Virus record (IMG/VR): IMGVR_UViG_3300034071_001210
Coordinates: 1 to 64,000 of that record
Direction: 5' to 3' (one strand)
DNA length: 64,000 nt
From: a virus
Lineage: Duplodnaviria; Caudoviricetes
Of this stretch, positions 10,892 to 20,232 are shown in pieces (position 1 is the first letter of the stretch; the number at the start of each line of letters is the position of its first letter). A program made the position numbers and the translations under genes. Under the pieces are notes generated by a model. The model did no database searches. It saw nothing but the letters and a program-made list of their open reading frames with translations, and was not told where the DNA came from.

Positions 10892-12166
10892 TCAGTAATT
10901 CTGACCAGCAACACTTCCAATCCATGAAGTTCCACCATCTACCGTAAAGAATGATAAAATGTCTTTTTTATTATTTGTACTGGTTAATGTCGGTGGAATT
11001 GCAGAAGGCCATTTTATTAAACTACCCCATGTAATTGCACGTGGAGTTCCATCTGCTGTTAAAATTAGAGTTAGTCCCATACCTCTATTTGCTGTCGTGG
11101 GAGTATTCTGAATAGTAAAAGTTCCAATATCAGAATTTAGATTAACAGTAAAGATTTGAGCTAAACTCAAATCTAGACTTAAAGTATTTCCAGAAATACT
11201 TGGACTTGAAACAGGTTCATTATAATATTGAAGTGTTGGTTTATATAGTGTATTAGAATTTAAATTTACTGTGTTTGAAAAAGTTCCACCAAATGCAGAA
11301 ATACCAGCATTTGCAGTAAGCAGTCCACTAAACGATGAGGTTGGTCCACTAAACCCACCAGACAAATCAATAGAAGATAAAACTGTACCAGAAACATTTG
11401 TCCAATTTGTTAAATTTGAATTTTGTGAGGTTGTACCACGTACTTCTAAAGGAGTATTTCCATGAATATTTTGACCATCATTTTGAATTAATAAAGTTGG
11501 TTTTATTGTATGCTTTGCCTGAGGCGCTCCAGATAAGATATTAATATTTTCATTAATAGTATCAATATTTAAAGAAGTTACCTGGCCAGTAAGACTTCTA
11601 CCAGTAAATGTAATACCCGAAAGAGGAATATTAAATATTCCTGCGAGTGTACCTCCAGATGCACTGATACCTGCACTAAATGTTTGTATGGCTAGAAAAT
11701 TATTTGCAGTTCCTGTAGTTACTCCTGTTACAGCACCAGTTAAACCATTAAAAGTAGTAACATATGGACCACTAATACCACCAGTACTACCAGCATCCCC
11801 TGGAAGACCATTTAAAATTATCGTTCCAAATGTTGCTATATTTGTTTCAATTGCTGTACCACTCAATTGAAGAAAAGTTAATGAATTAGCCTCATAGTCA
11901 GTGATAATACCATACAAATAACTACCTAAATTTGGAAAACTTACTTTAACTGTATTACCAACAGTTAAAGCATTTTCTGTTGATAGAATATTTACAATTA
12001 CTGAACTTTCTGATCCGTAATTAATTACTACATTTCCTGTAAAACCCAATGGTTGAAATCCAAGACCCTCGGGTCCAATAGGACCAACAGGTCCAGGTAA
12101 ACCAGTTGAAACACCATATGCGGTTGGATAGACTGTTACTTGAATAATATTATTTGCGCTAGACAT
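10892..12166 (-). CDS. Tail fibre protein
   Basis: 424 aa; GISGPYV...NGLTG motif shared with neighbours; C-terminal 'ITW...KWP...PTLT...DILSF...GGTSW' fibre-tip-type domain. Confidence 0.7.
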   Translation of the reverse strand: MSSANNIIQVTVYPTAYGVSTGLPGPVGPIGPEGLGFQPLGFTGNVVINYGSESSVIVNILSTENALTVGNTVKVSFPNLGSYLYGIITDYEANSLTFLQLSGTAIETNIATFGTIILNGLPGDAGSTGGISGPYVTTFNGLTGAVTGVTTGTANNFLAIQTFSAGISASGGTLAGIFNIPLSGITFTGRSLTGQVTSLNIDTINENINILSGAPQAKHTIKPTLLIQNDGQNIHGNTPLEVRGTTSQNSNLTNWTNVSGTVLSSIDLSGGFSGPTSSFSGLLTANAGISAFGGTFSNTVNLNSNTLYKPTLQYYNEPVSSPSISGNTLSLDLSLAQIFTVNLNSDIGTFTIQNTPTTANRGMGLTLILTADGTPRAITWGSLIKWPSAIPPTLTSTNNKKDILSFFTVDGGTSWIGSVAGQNY

Positions 12167-12167
12167 A

Positions 12168-12563
12168 TTAAATTTCAGTTACATCTGGAAGAGTTTCAAT
12201 TCTTCCTCGTAATAGTGTTATAACTCCACCTTGATTTGGATATTGTAATTGAATATCATAAAAAGAAGATGAATATGGTGAAAAATTAGCTGTGTAAGTC
12301 GAACCTATTGTGACATATACCAATCCACCTGTTGCACTACCCGCTAGTCCACCAACAATTCCATCTACTGGAGTAAATTGAGTTCCTGCCGTAATTCCCA
12401 AATAGTATGTAGCCAATAATCCACTCGGATGATAACTTTTTCTAACTTGCATAGATAAAGTAGCACCAGTAAGATTATACGTTGCTCCAGTTGGACCAGA
12501 TAATAGCATAGCCCATGTTATGGTATCACCCTTTACAACAGTTGGATTAAAATTATCTGACAT
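12168..12563 (-). CDS. Small virion protein, BppU/LtfC-like Ig-type fold (possible fibre attachment)
   Basis: 131 aa with 'V-K-G-D-T...NLTG..L.MQVR...YDIQL...LLRG.I...P.VT' pattern. Confidence 0.55.
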   Translation of the reverse strand: MSDNFNPTVVKGDTITWAMLLSGPTGATYNLTGATLSMQVRKSYHPSGLLATYYLGITAGTQFTPVDGIVGGLAGSATGGLVYVTIGSTYTANFSPYSSSFYDIQLQYPNQGGVITLLRGRIETLPDVTEI

Positions 12564-12582
12564 TAATAGGATTCTCCAAAGA

Positions 12583-12608
12583 ATAATAGCCCTATTAAAG
12601 GCTATTAT
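12583..12608 (-). terminator. Stem-loop, possible intrinsic terminator of the replication/GT operon
   Basis: Minus strand ATAATAGCC-N8-GGCTATTAT followed by TCTTT. Confidence 0.45.
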
Positions 12609-12641
12609 AGATTCTCCTATATTTAGAAGCTTTGAAGATTA

Positions 12642-13865
12642 TCAGAGTTTGACAGTAGCGGCTTTGGGATCCATCACAAGTGTGGTTTTATTAGTTGCTT
12701 TAGTTACCTTTTCTGCCCATTCTTTGTTTTGGATAGCAAGAGCTTCTTGCATCTTTTGCATACCTTGCCCATAAATTTTATAATTATTGGCAATTCTTTC
12801 TCTGTGTTCCTGTGGCAGATGTGGTTCCTTTAACAACTTTTCACATGTTGCAATACCAATTTCCGGTCTACCAGTGTAATATGCAGTTGTGGCAATCTCA
12901 TCAAAAATTCCCCATGCATAATTTGCCTTATCAACAAACAAAATATCATTTTCTGGAATAGGAATACTCAGACCCAATGAAGCCACCAAGAATGCATTTC
13001 TCGGTCTATTATACTTTCTATAGATGCAAGAAAGGTGATATAGTGGTTCTACTCGATTAGGAGCAGTCTCAAATGCCATCATAAAGGCATCTGCAATTTC
13101 GTGTACAGGTTTTCCTTGGAATTCACGACACATACCTACTCGCATCCACGAGAAGAACACTTCTTCATGCCAAGATTCAAGTTTAATTCGTGCCATGTAT
13201 TCTACTTCTGCAACATCATACATTCTGGCATCAAATGCTGATTGAGCGGCATAAAATTGCTTACGAGGTTGATTTGGATCTTTATCCAGATATGACTTAA
13301 GAATATGGTAATCTTTAGTATACTTTTCAGTATCATTGGCAACTGCACGTGAACGACAGCCTTCGGTACGAACTTCCCATCCATAATTACCTTCAAGCTT
13401 CTTAACATTCATGGGCTGTTCACACATTGCATATTCATGCAACGGTTCTTCGTACCACCACTTCTTTTTTGCAACATTGAATACTTGAGCACGAAGCCAC
13501 TGAAACTCACCACGTTTAATTTGCACAACATAACCATCTAGTGTATCATCAAAGGATGCTACTGGTAGTTCTCCAACAAGAAAATCATCTGCATCAATCA
13601 TCATAACCCATTTGGTTTTACCCATGCACGCTTCCAATGCCTTGGATCGGTTGGTTCCGAAATCAGACCATTCATGATCTAGAATTTCACCAGGAATTCC
13701 CTTTTCATCAAAGAATTTCTTAATTATTTCCTTTGTGTTATCGGTTGAACCCGTATCACAAATAATATAATAATTAATAAACGGTGCGCATGAAGCTAGG
13801 CATCTTTCGATATTTGGTGCTTCGTCCTTAACGATCATAGATAGTGTCAAATTATACATAGTCAT
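12642..13865 (-). CDS. GT2 (GT-A fold) glycosyltransferase with C-terminal TPR repeats, protein-glycosyltransferase-like
   Basis: MIVKDE, DTGSTD, DFGTNR, IDAD (DxD) and LHE motifs, followed by a helical TPR region (FYAAQS, EPLYHL). Confidence 0.85.
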   Translation of the reverse strand: MTMYNLTLSMIVKDEAPNIERCLASCAPFINYYIICDTGSTDNTKEIIKKFFDEKGIPGEILDHEWSDFGTNRSKALEACMGKTKWVMMIDADDFLVGELPVASFDDTLDGYVVQIKRGEFQWLRAQVFNVAKKKWWYEEPLHEYAMCEQPMNVKKLEGNYGWEVRTEGCRSRAVANDTEKYTKDYHILKSYLDKDPNQPRKQFYAAQSAFDARMYDVAEVEYMARIKLESWHEEVFFSWMRVGMCREFQGKPVHEIADAFMMAFETAPNRVEPLYHLSCIYRKYNRPRNAFLVASLGLSIPIPENDILFVDKANYAWGIFDEIATTAYYTGRPEIGIATCEKLLKEPHLPQEHRERIANNYKIYGQGMQKMQEALAIQNKEWAEKVTKATNKTTLVMDPKAATVKL

Positions 13866-13867
13866 CC

Positions 13868-14293
13868 TTATGAATTAAAAAATTTACGTAGTGATCCGGT
13901 ATTAAATTTAGGAATCAAGTCCCAATTATCTTTTTCTGTGTGTTTAATTATTTTAATACCATTGATTGGCATACAATCTTTAAGTTTATCTTTATCAACT
14001 ACTTCAAGAAGTTCCCACTCTTCCAATAATTTTACAATAGCATTTCGTCTTTGTAAATCTTCTTCAGATACATTAGATGGAAGATCATCTAGTGCAAATA
14101 GTTCTTTAAAGTGTGCAATGATGTAAACTTCATCTTTATGAATTAGATGACACGATTGATACAGGACATTCTTTCCTTTTGGGGATACACCAATACGAGA
14201 AAGAGTTTCACGAACAACCATGAAATCTTCTTCATCCAAAAGATTAATATGAACGCCAATATTTTTAAATGTTTTATCAGATAGATCAGACAT
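13868..14293 (-). CDS. regA: Translational repressor RegA
   Basis: DFMVVRETLSRIGV, LYQSCHLIHK, HFKELFALD and RRNAI motifs; lies directly after gp62. Confidence 0.95.
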   Translation of the reverse strand: MSDLSDKTFKNIGVHINLLDEEDFMVVRETLSRIGVSPKGKNVLYQSCHLIHKDEVYIIAHFKELFALDDLPSNVSEEDLQRRNAIVKLLEEWELLEVVDKDKLKDCMPINGIKIIKHTEKDNWDLIPKFNTGSLRKFFNS

Positions 14294-14310
14294 AACAAAT
14301 CCTTACTAAA

Positions 14311-14691
14311 TTATCTCACACCACCAGTATCAAGGGCTTTGCGTATTGATTGCAAATCCTCAGTACTCAGTATATTTAGTACTTCCCTAGCCTTGGATTC
14401 TGTGTAACCATATGCATGCTTTATGAGAGTTACATTCTCTTCTGTATCTTTACGCAACCAAGGAGAAAACCGCTTCTTTTTACGAACCGCAAGTCTATAA
14501 AAATCAAATTGACTCTTGTTGTCTAACCAAGGAGAACAATTCATTTCGTTAGCATGAAATAATGTATCTGCAAAATAAGATAAACACCGATTTACTACAA
14601 ACGGTGTATATGCCTTTACTGCACCCTCATCTGTATCCAGTAGAGGCTTTTTGTCATGATTTATGCTGGATAGAAAGTCTTTTAGTTGCAT
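14311..14691 (-). CDS. gp62: Clamp loader small subunit
   Basis: YxPFVVNRCLS, ANEMN and KKRFSPW motifs; synteny. Confidence 0.93.
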   Translation of the reverse strand: MQLKDFLSSINHDKKPLLDTDEGAVKAYTPFVVNRCLSYFADTLFHANEMNCSPWLDNKSQFDFYRLAVRKKKRFSPWLRKDTEENVTLIKHAYGYTESKAREVLNILSTEDLQSIRKALDTGGVR

Positions 14692-15641
14692 CAGTTAAAC
14701 TCACAGTCCATCATAAGTTGGACAATTAATGCCATTGTATTGATTTCTTGGTCTGCTGCAAAGGCAGACTTATATTGATACTCAGCAATGATTAGAATAG
14801 CCTGTGGTACAGAAGGATTCTTAAGAGATGTATATAGTTCAGTATATAAACGCTTATAAAAGTCCGATGTATTCAGATCTAGATTCTGTACCACCCACTT
14901 ACGGCACGATACAAAGTCTTTATTCTTCATAAATCCTAAAAGTTCCTTGTAGGACTCACTACTACCTTGACCAAGAACTCCGATGTCAATACTACCTGCA
15001 GATGCATATCTCTGTAGTTCATTGATAATACGGCGAAGATCAGGAAAATGCTTCTTAACAAGGTTTACAATTACTGTTTTCTCATACGGAATCTTCTCTT
15101 GTGCAAGAATATACTCCACACGCTTCATCATTGCAGATGCAACAGCAGCCTTCTCGGCATTAGGAACTGTAAAATCAATACCGGTGCAACGAGAGTGCAA
15201 TGGCTCAATGATACGATTCTTGTAATTGCAAGTCATGATGAATCTGCAGTTTTTTGCAAATTCTTCAATGGCTCCACGAAGAGCAGGCTGAATTGACTGT
15301 GCGTTGGCATAATCAAACTCATCCAAAATTACAACCTTTAGATTTCCGCTTAGGGAAACCGTTGAGGCATAATTACGAATCTTCGTGCGTAGTGTATCAA
15401 TACCGTTCTCTTCAGAACAGTTAATAATAATACTTTCGGCACCGATGTCATTGGCAAGAGCACGGGCTACGGTTGTCTTTCCCGTACCCGCCTTGCCGTA
15501 GAGCATCATATTAGGAATTGTACCTTCCTTGATCATACCATTAAAAATAGTGGTAAGATCAATAGGAAGAATACAATCAGATAATGTATTTGGTCTGTAC
15601 GCTTCTACCCAAAGTAGACTATTAATATTTGACAAAATCAA
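14691..15641 (-). CDS. gp44: Clamp loader large subunit (AAA+)
   Basis: WVEAYRP, Walker A GKAGTGKT, Walker B ILDEFD, SRC motif. Confidence 0.95.
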   Translation of the reverse strand: MILSNINSLLWVEAYRPNTLSDCILPIDLTTIFNGMIKEGTIPNMMLYGKAGTGKTTVARALANDIGAESIIINCSEENGIDTLRTKIRNYASTVSLSGNLKVVILDEFDYANAQSIQPALRGAIEEFAKNCRFIMTCNYKNRIIEPLHSRCTGIDFTVPNAEKAAVASAMMKRVEYILAQEKIPYEKTVIVNLVKKHFPDLRRIINELQRYASAGSIDIGVLGQGSSESYKELLGFMKNKDFVSCRKWVVQNLDLNTSDFYKRLYTELYTSLKNPSVPQAILIIAEYQYKSAFAADQEINTMALIVQLMMDCEFN

Positions 15642-16309
15642 CCCCGCTTGATAGCGATGTAGTAAGCAAGTTCCAGACTCTTATGAGTAAACTTAGAGAT
15701 AATAGTATCACTCAATTCCACAGTGTAGGAACCAGGAATAAACTTAATCTCCGATACATTCAAAGTACCCTCAAAATCCTTACCAGTATAGTTCTCATCC
15801 AAAACAATCTCAAAACTATTGGTAGTACTTTGGCTAGAATCGTCAACCATAATACGGAAAGAACCATCTCCACCAATCATACGAAGATCACTTACCTGTA
15901 GAATACTTGCTGCCTTTAAAATTTCATTTAGATCCTTTTCATCAAGATCAAACTTGATGGTGGTTTTTGGCATCTTCAATTCTCTAGTAGGAACCGTCAG
16001 GAGGCTTGGTTCTGAGTAATAGTATGTAACACTCGATCTACCATTAGAAACGACTACATGGGTATCGTGGAACTCTAGATCGGGGTTTGAGAACATACTC
16101 ACAACACCCAAAAACTTGTTCAAATCCCAAACAGGAACCTCAACATCAAAGTCCTCTGAGATTGTAGCCTCAACGTAAATATTTTTACCAGGAGAAATAG
16201 TCTTTAGGACGTTTCCCGGTGAAATGAGAATATTTGAATTGATTGCCGCAAAATTCTTAAGAATATTATAGGTATCTTTTGATAGACGCATTTTTGTTAC
16301 AGTTTCCAT
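15638..16309 (-). CDS. gp45: DNA sliding clamp
   Basis: LKNFAAINSNI, DLNKFL and YYIA C-terminus; synteny with gp44/gp62. Confidence 0.92.
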   Translation of the reverse strand: METVTKMRLSKDTYNILKNFAAINSNILISPGNVLKTISPGKNIYVEATISEDFDVEVPVWDLNKFLGVVSMFSNPDLEFHDTHVVVSNGRSSVTYYYSEPSLLTVPTRELKMPKTTIKFDLDEKDLNEILKAASILQVSDLRMIGGDGSFRIMVDDSSQSTTNSFEIVLDENYTGKDFEGTLNVSEIKFIPGSYTVELSDTIISKFTHKSLELAYYIAIKRG

Positions 16310-16328
16310 ATATAAATCTTTCTAAAAA

Positions 16329-16481
16329 TTAGTCACGTTCTTTACGATAAACGCTATCGTTAAGTTGCTGCTTCTGTTCGTGGCGATCACCACGCTTACT
16401 TCTCTTCTGTTGCTTCTTACCCAAACCCGATGGCTTATTCTTGCCTCGGTTACTAAACTTCTGAAAACTTTCCTCGTTCAT
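16329..16481 (-). CDS. Small basic hypothetical protein (50 aa)
   Basis: Not in the ORF track. MNEESFQKFSNRGKNKPSGLGKKQQKRSKRGDRHEQKQQLNDSVYRKERD; fills the gap before gp45 and has its own promoter 6 nt upstream. Confidence 0.65.
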   Translation of the reverse strand: MNEESFQKFSNRGKNKPSGLGKKQQKRSKRGDRHEQKQQLNDSVYRKERD

Positions 16482-16487
16482 AGCCCT

Positions 16488-16515
16488 AGTATATCTCCTG
16501 TATTGAAATAGTCAA
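16488..16515 (-). promoter_or_regulatory. Sigma70-type promoter TTGACT-N16-TATACT
   Basis: Read directly; ATG follows 6 nt after the -10 box. Confidence 0.7.
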
Positions 16516-16853
16516 ATCTGAACCCATTGAAATCCCGAAATATCTTTATACCAAATATATAATGCACCAGTATCAGCCATCCACAATTGATTTTCTAATG
16601 GTTTTATAGGTGGTACAGAACCTTTAAATGTTTCAGACATTCCTGTAAAAGCCCAATTTGATTTATCTTGTAAAGGACTTAGAGTTGTTGCTTTTAAACA
16701 CTTATAAAATCTACCTTGGCTTGTAACGTTATCACCACGATTATAAGTTATAACAGATCCATTAACACTTTTAGCTGTATACTGTGGAGTTGTGACCGGA
16801 TTTTTTGCAATCGTGTCAGTACTGAGAGATATTTCTGGCTTTTTAACACTCAT
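16512..16853 (-). CDS. Small late protein with a CBM5/12-like segment and a fibre-type C-terminal module
   Basis: YNRGDNVTSQGRFYKC...W, then P..P.ENQLW...GALYIW...QWVQ; CTAAATA lies 5 nt upstream. Confidence 0.55.
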   Translation of the reverse strand: MSVKKPEISLSTDTIAKNPVTTPQYTAKSVNGSVITYNRGDNVTSQGRFYKCLKATTLSPLQDKSNWAFTGMSETFKGSVPPIKPLENQLWMADTGALYIWYKDISGFQWVQI

Positions 16854-16861
16854 AAAAATAT

Positions 16862-18583
16862 TTAGATATTTGTCTTTATCTTTGAAAAGTTATTTTTCTT
16901 TTCAAATTGCATACTTTGATCAAATTTATCTACCAACTGGTCTGCCTTGTGGCTGATGATATAGATAGAGCATTTGTTTGTCATCTTATTCAAAATTTTC
17001 ATAAAGGCTTCAGTACCAGCAGCATCAAGAGATGAGTCTAAAATCTCATCAAAGATTAATAGGTTGCAGTTAAGGCTATTTTTCATTCGTGCAACTTCAC
17101 GCCAAGTCAATAGAATTGCCAAGTCAATACGTTGTTTCTCTCCCTCAGAGAAAGAGGAATATGAGAATGCATCTCGGTATCGTGACTTAATTGTTTCCTT
17201 GAACTCTTCATCGATTGTGAAGTCAACATAGAGATTAAGTTTTCCGAGGAACTTGTTAACGAGTCCATTGATGATGGGAACATAATGTGCAATAATGCGG
17301 CTTTTAAGACCGCCATCTTTGAGTATATCATAGACAATATCATGGTGTATTTGTTTTGTAATCAATGCGTCTAATTGCCTAGTAGCATTTTCTTTTTCTA
17401 ATTCTGCATCTTTGATTTTTTGCAATAATGTATTTTCATTTTCGTTCACCAACTTCTTATTCTTTTCTTTTTTCATAAAACTAAGAGAAGATTGGTTACT
17501 GATAATCTGATATGAGATATCGTTATTATCAGACTGATATTTTTGTTTTAGTGTCTTTAGTTCTTCTACTTCAGTTTGAAGTTCTAAAAGTTCTGCATTC
17601 TTCTTTGTGGCAATAACAATTGCTTTACGGCAATCTTCCAACTTAGATTCTTTATCTTGAATATGCTTTTCTTTTTGAAACTTAGGTAGATTCTGCCCAC
17701 AGCACTTGCACAAAGCATTTTCTTTAAGAGAAACAATCTCTTCAACCAAAGTTGCCTCTAATATTTCTGCTTTGGTTAACATAGCAGGAACATCTTTTAG
17801 AGCACTTAGGTTTGTTAACTTCTTGGTAAGTTTAGCAGATACATCTTTCAGATTCTTTTCATGCTTTGCCTGAAGTACATTATCATCTGCAATCTTAGTT
17901 GTATAATCTTGAATAGATGCTTCAATAGACTTAATCTCTTCTACTGCGGTAGTTTGAATTGTTTCCAATACTTCTTTCTGAGACTTAATCTTTTCATGTA
18001 CAATCTTTAACATGCTTTCTTGTTCACCAAGAGACAGTTTTAATCCTGATAGTTGACCCTTAACATACAGATTCATATCAGCAAGAATATCAAGATTCAA
18101 AAGACCTTCAATGATCTTACGTCTTTCAGCAGGAGTCAATTGCATGAAAGGAACAAAGTTAGACTTGCCAAGAATAACTACCTGCTTGAAGGCTGCATAA
18201 TCAAATCCAAGAATGTTTTCTTCAAACATCTCTTGGTAGTCTTTAGTCTTAGCATTTTGGTCAAGCATCTCACCATCTTTAAATATCTCAAAGATTTTAG
18301 GTGCAAGACCACGGCGAACTAGAAAATGGCAGTTTGACTTCTTAAATTCAATTTCTACAACACACTGCTTGGCATTAACTGTATTGATTAGTTGTGGAAT
18401 ATTAATAGGTCTGAATGGCTTTCCAAACAAACCAAAGCAGAGAGAGTCTAATAGAGCAAAAGACTTACCGTTTCCATTGGTGCCAGTAACTAATGTGGTC
18501 TTATAATTATCGAGTTTGATCTCAGAAAAATTATTACCAAATGAACCAAAGTTTTTAAAACGAACTGTTAGAAAATCTATCAA
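16862..18583 (-). CDS. gp46: Recombination exonuclease ATPase subunit (Rad50/SbcC-like)
   Basis: Walker A GTNGNGKS, CxxC hook (CKCC), FSEGE signature, DEILD and ISH motifs. Confidence 0.95.
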   Translation of the reverse strand: MIDFLTVRFKNFGSFGNNFSEIKLDNYKTTLVTGTNGNGKSFALLDSLCFGLFGKPFRPINIPQLINTVNAKQCVVEIEFKKSNCHFLVRRGLAPKIFEIFKDGEMLDQNAKTKDYQEMFEENILGFDYAAFKQVVILGKSNFVPFMQLTPAERRKIIEGLLNLDILADMNLYVKGQLSGLKLSLGEQESMLKIVHEKIKSQKEVLETIQTTAVEEIKSIEASIQDYTTKIADDNVLQAKHEKNLKDVSAKLTKKLTNLSALKDVPAMLTKAEILEATLVEEIVSLKENALCKCCGQNLPKFQKEKHIQDKESKLEDCRKAIVIATKKNAELLELQTEVEELKTLKQKYQSDNNDISYQIISNQSSLSFMKKEKNKKLVNENENTLLQKIKDAELEKENATRQLDALITKQIHHDIVYDILKDGGLKSRIIAHYVPIINGLVNKFLGKLNLYVDFTIDEEFKETIKSRYRDAFSYSSFSEGEKQRIDLAILLTWREVARMKNSLNCNLLIFDEILDSSLDAAGTEAFMKILNKMTNKCSIYIISHKADQLVDKFDQSMQFEKKNNFSKIKTNI

Positions 18584-19626
18584 TCTTCATCCTTTGACAT
18601 TGCGGCATTATACGCTGAGTTTATAATATCAGCAAGCACATTTTTATTAATTGATTTTTCTGTAACTGTATCAATCTCTTCATGAAGTAACTGTAATGTA
18701 TCTTTATGAATGTCAACAGCCACTAGATCCGGGTTTGCTGTTACATCTTCTGTAACGGCTAACTCTGCTACTCCTGCTTCGTAGAACTTATCCAAGTATT
18801 TCTCAAAGGCTGGACCTTTAGTTCGGTTCTTGATAAAGATCTTAACATATGTATCTTTAAACTTTGAGTAGTCTAATTTTTCTGGGTTGGTTTCATCGTA
18901 GTCAAACGTATAGAAAAGCCTTTTTGGATTCTCGATAAATTCAAGCGTTCTTGCTGCAAAATCAAAGACATGAAACCCTTTGGCTTCCCAAACGTCTGAG
19001 AAAGCCATTTGATACTGAGATCCCAGGTAATGTATATTATCCCGGCTAGATTTAATATGATAATGCCCAGTAAGAACATATTCAAATTTGTCAAAATGTT
19101 TTGGGTCATAGCCATGCTCAATAAAGATACCACGAATACTCTGAAAGCCACACAACTCTAAATGTCCCAGTAAGAGAGAGCATGTAGTGTTGGTAATAAA
19201 CTCTGCCGATTGAATCTCATTCTCTGGGTTAATCCAAGGCAATAGTGCTACACAACCAGCAGAGGTTTGAATCTCTGTTGGCTCTGAGTGAATCTCCCAG
19301 TTGGAATACTGCTGGGCAATTTCTTGTAAAGAATTGACTGTATTGTTATTCTTGTAATAGGTATCATGATTGCCGCAGATAGCAATACACTTTACGCCAA
19401 GTTCTTGAAGAGGTTCAAAGAACCTTGTGCGAACCTGTTGAAGAGTCTTAAAATTAATATATTTTCTACGATCAAAGACATCACCTAAATGAAAGATGGT
19501 CTTAATATCGTTCTCTTTAATATATGGAAACAACTGTCCCTCAAAGAAGGACAGAAAGTATTCCAAGACTATTGGGGAATCTGCTTTATACCCAAAATGG
19601 GTATCATTAAGAATGATTGATTTCAT
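18580..19626 (-). CDS. gp47: Recombination endonuclease subunit (Mre11/SbcD-like)
   Basis: DTHFG, GDVFD, GNHD and GHYH metallophosphoesterase motifs. Confidence 0.95.
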   Translation of the reverse strand: MKSIILNDTHFGYKADSPIVLEYFLSFFEGQLFPYIKENDIKTIFHLGDVFDRRKYINFKTLQQVRTRFFEPLQELGVKCIAICGNHDTYYKNNNTVNSLQEIAQQYSNWEIHSEPTEIQTSAGCVALLPWINPENEIQSAEFITNTTCSLLLGHLELCGFQSIRGIFIEHGYDPKHFDKFEYVLTGHYHIKSSRDNIHYLGSQYQMAFSDVWEAKGFHVFDFAARTLEFIENPKRLFYTFDYDETNPEKLDYSKFKDTYVKIFIKNRTKGPAFEKYLDKFYEAGVAELAVTEDVTANPDLVAVDIHKDTLQLLHEEIDTVTEKSINKNVLADIINSAYNAAMSKDED

Positions 19627-20195
19627 ATATCAAGTGTATCTTTCTTTGACTTACGCTTACGCTTAACGCCCTCTTTCTTAGGTGGATTGAGCATAACACC
19701 AAATCTATCCATGTCAAGATCTGTAAGTCCAAAGAAATCTCTTCTACCAATGTCTACACCAGCATACACTTTATTAAACCAGTGATGAAAGTCTTTATCA
19801 TTCTGTTGTTCTGCATACTTGTATTGTGTATACTTTTCTTTCTTTTCTTTGTTTATTATACGAACAAAAGAAAACCAGCAAATCTGTGTAAGGTATCCGA
19901 ATGGACTCTTAGACTTTTCTGGATCAAAGTTACCAATATATGTGATACAGTTTAAGACAGCATCAGATACCATCTCTTCTCTATATGGGTAGTTTGCAAA
20001 ATTAGGACGAAACGAAAGTCTTGATGCAATCTTAAGAACACATTCTCCTATAAAATCTGGAAGCTTGGGTTTCTTTCTACCTGCATTTTCTGCATCATTG
20101 GACTTTTTACGATAATCAACTAAAGCATCATATAAATCAGAATTACTTACGTAATCTGCATCTGATGGTTTTTTTTTCTTGGATGGGTTTTTCAC
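19623..20195 (-). CDS. gp55: Late-transcription sigma factor
   Basis: YVSN, IGEC..KIA..LS..PNF.NY.YREEMVSDA, NFDPEKS.SPF.YLTQI motifs. Confidence 0.95.
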   Translation of the reverse strand: MKNPSKKKKPSDADYVSNSDLYDALVDYRKKSNDAENAGRKKPKLPDFIGECVLKIASRLSFRPNFANYPYREEMVSDAVLNCITYIGNFDPEKSKSPFGYLTQICWFSFVRIINKEKKEKYTQYKYAEQQNDKDFHHWFNKVYAGVDIGRRDFFGLTDLDMDRFGVMLNPPKKEGVKRKRKSKKDTLDI

Positions 20196-20201
20196 TATAT
20201 T

Positions 20202-20229
20202 AGTATATCACAAGTACTAGAGATATCAA
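20202..20229 (-). promoter_or_regulatory. Sigma70-type promoter TTGATA-N16-TATACT for gp55
   Basis: GTG start lies 6 nt after the -10 box. Confidence 0.65.
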
Positions 20230-20232
20230 CAA

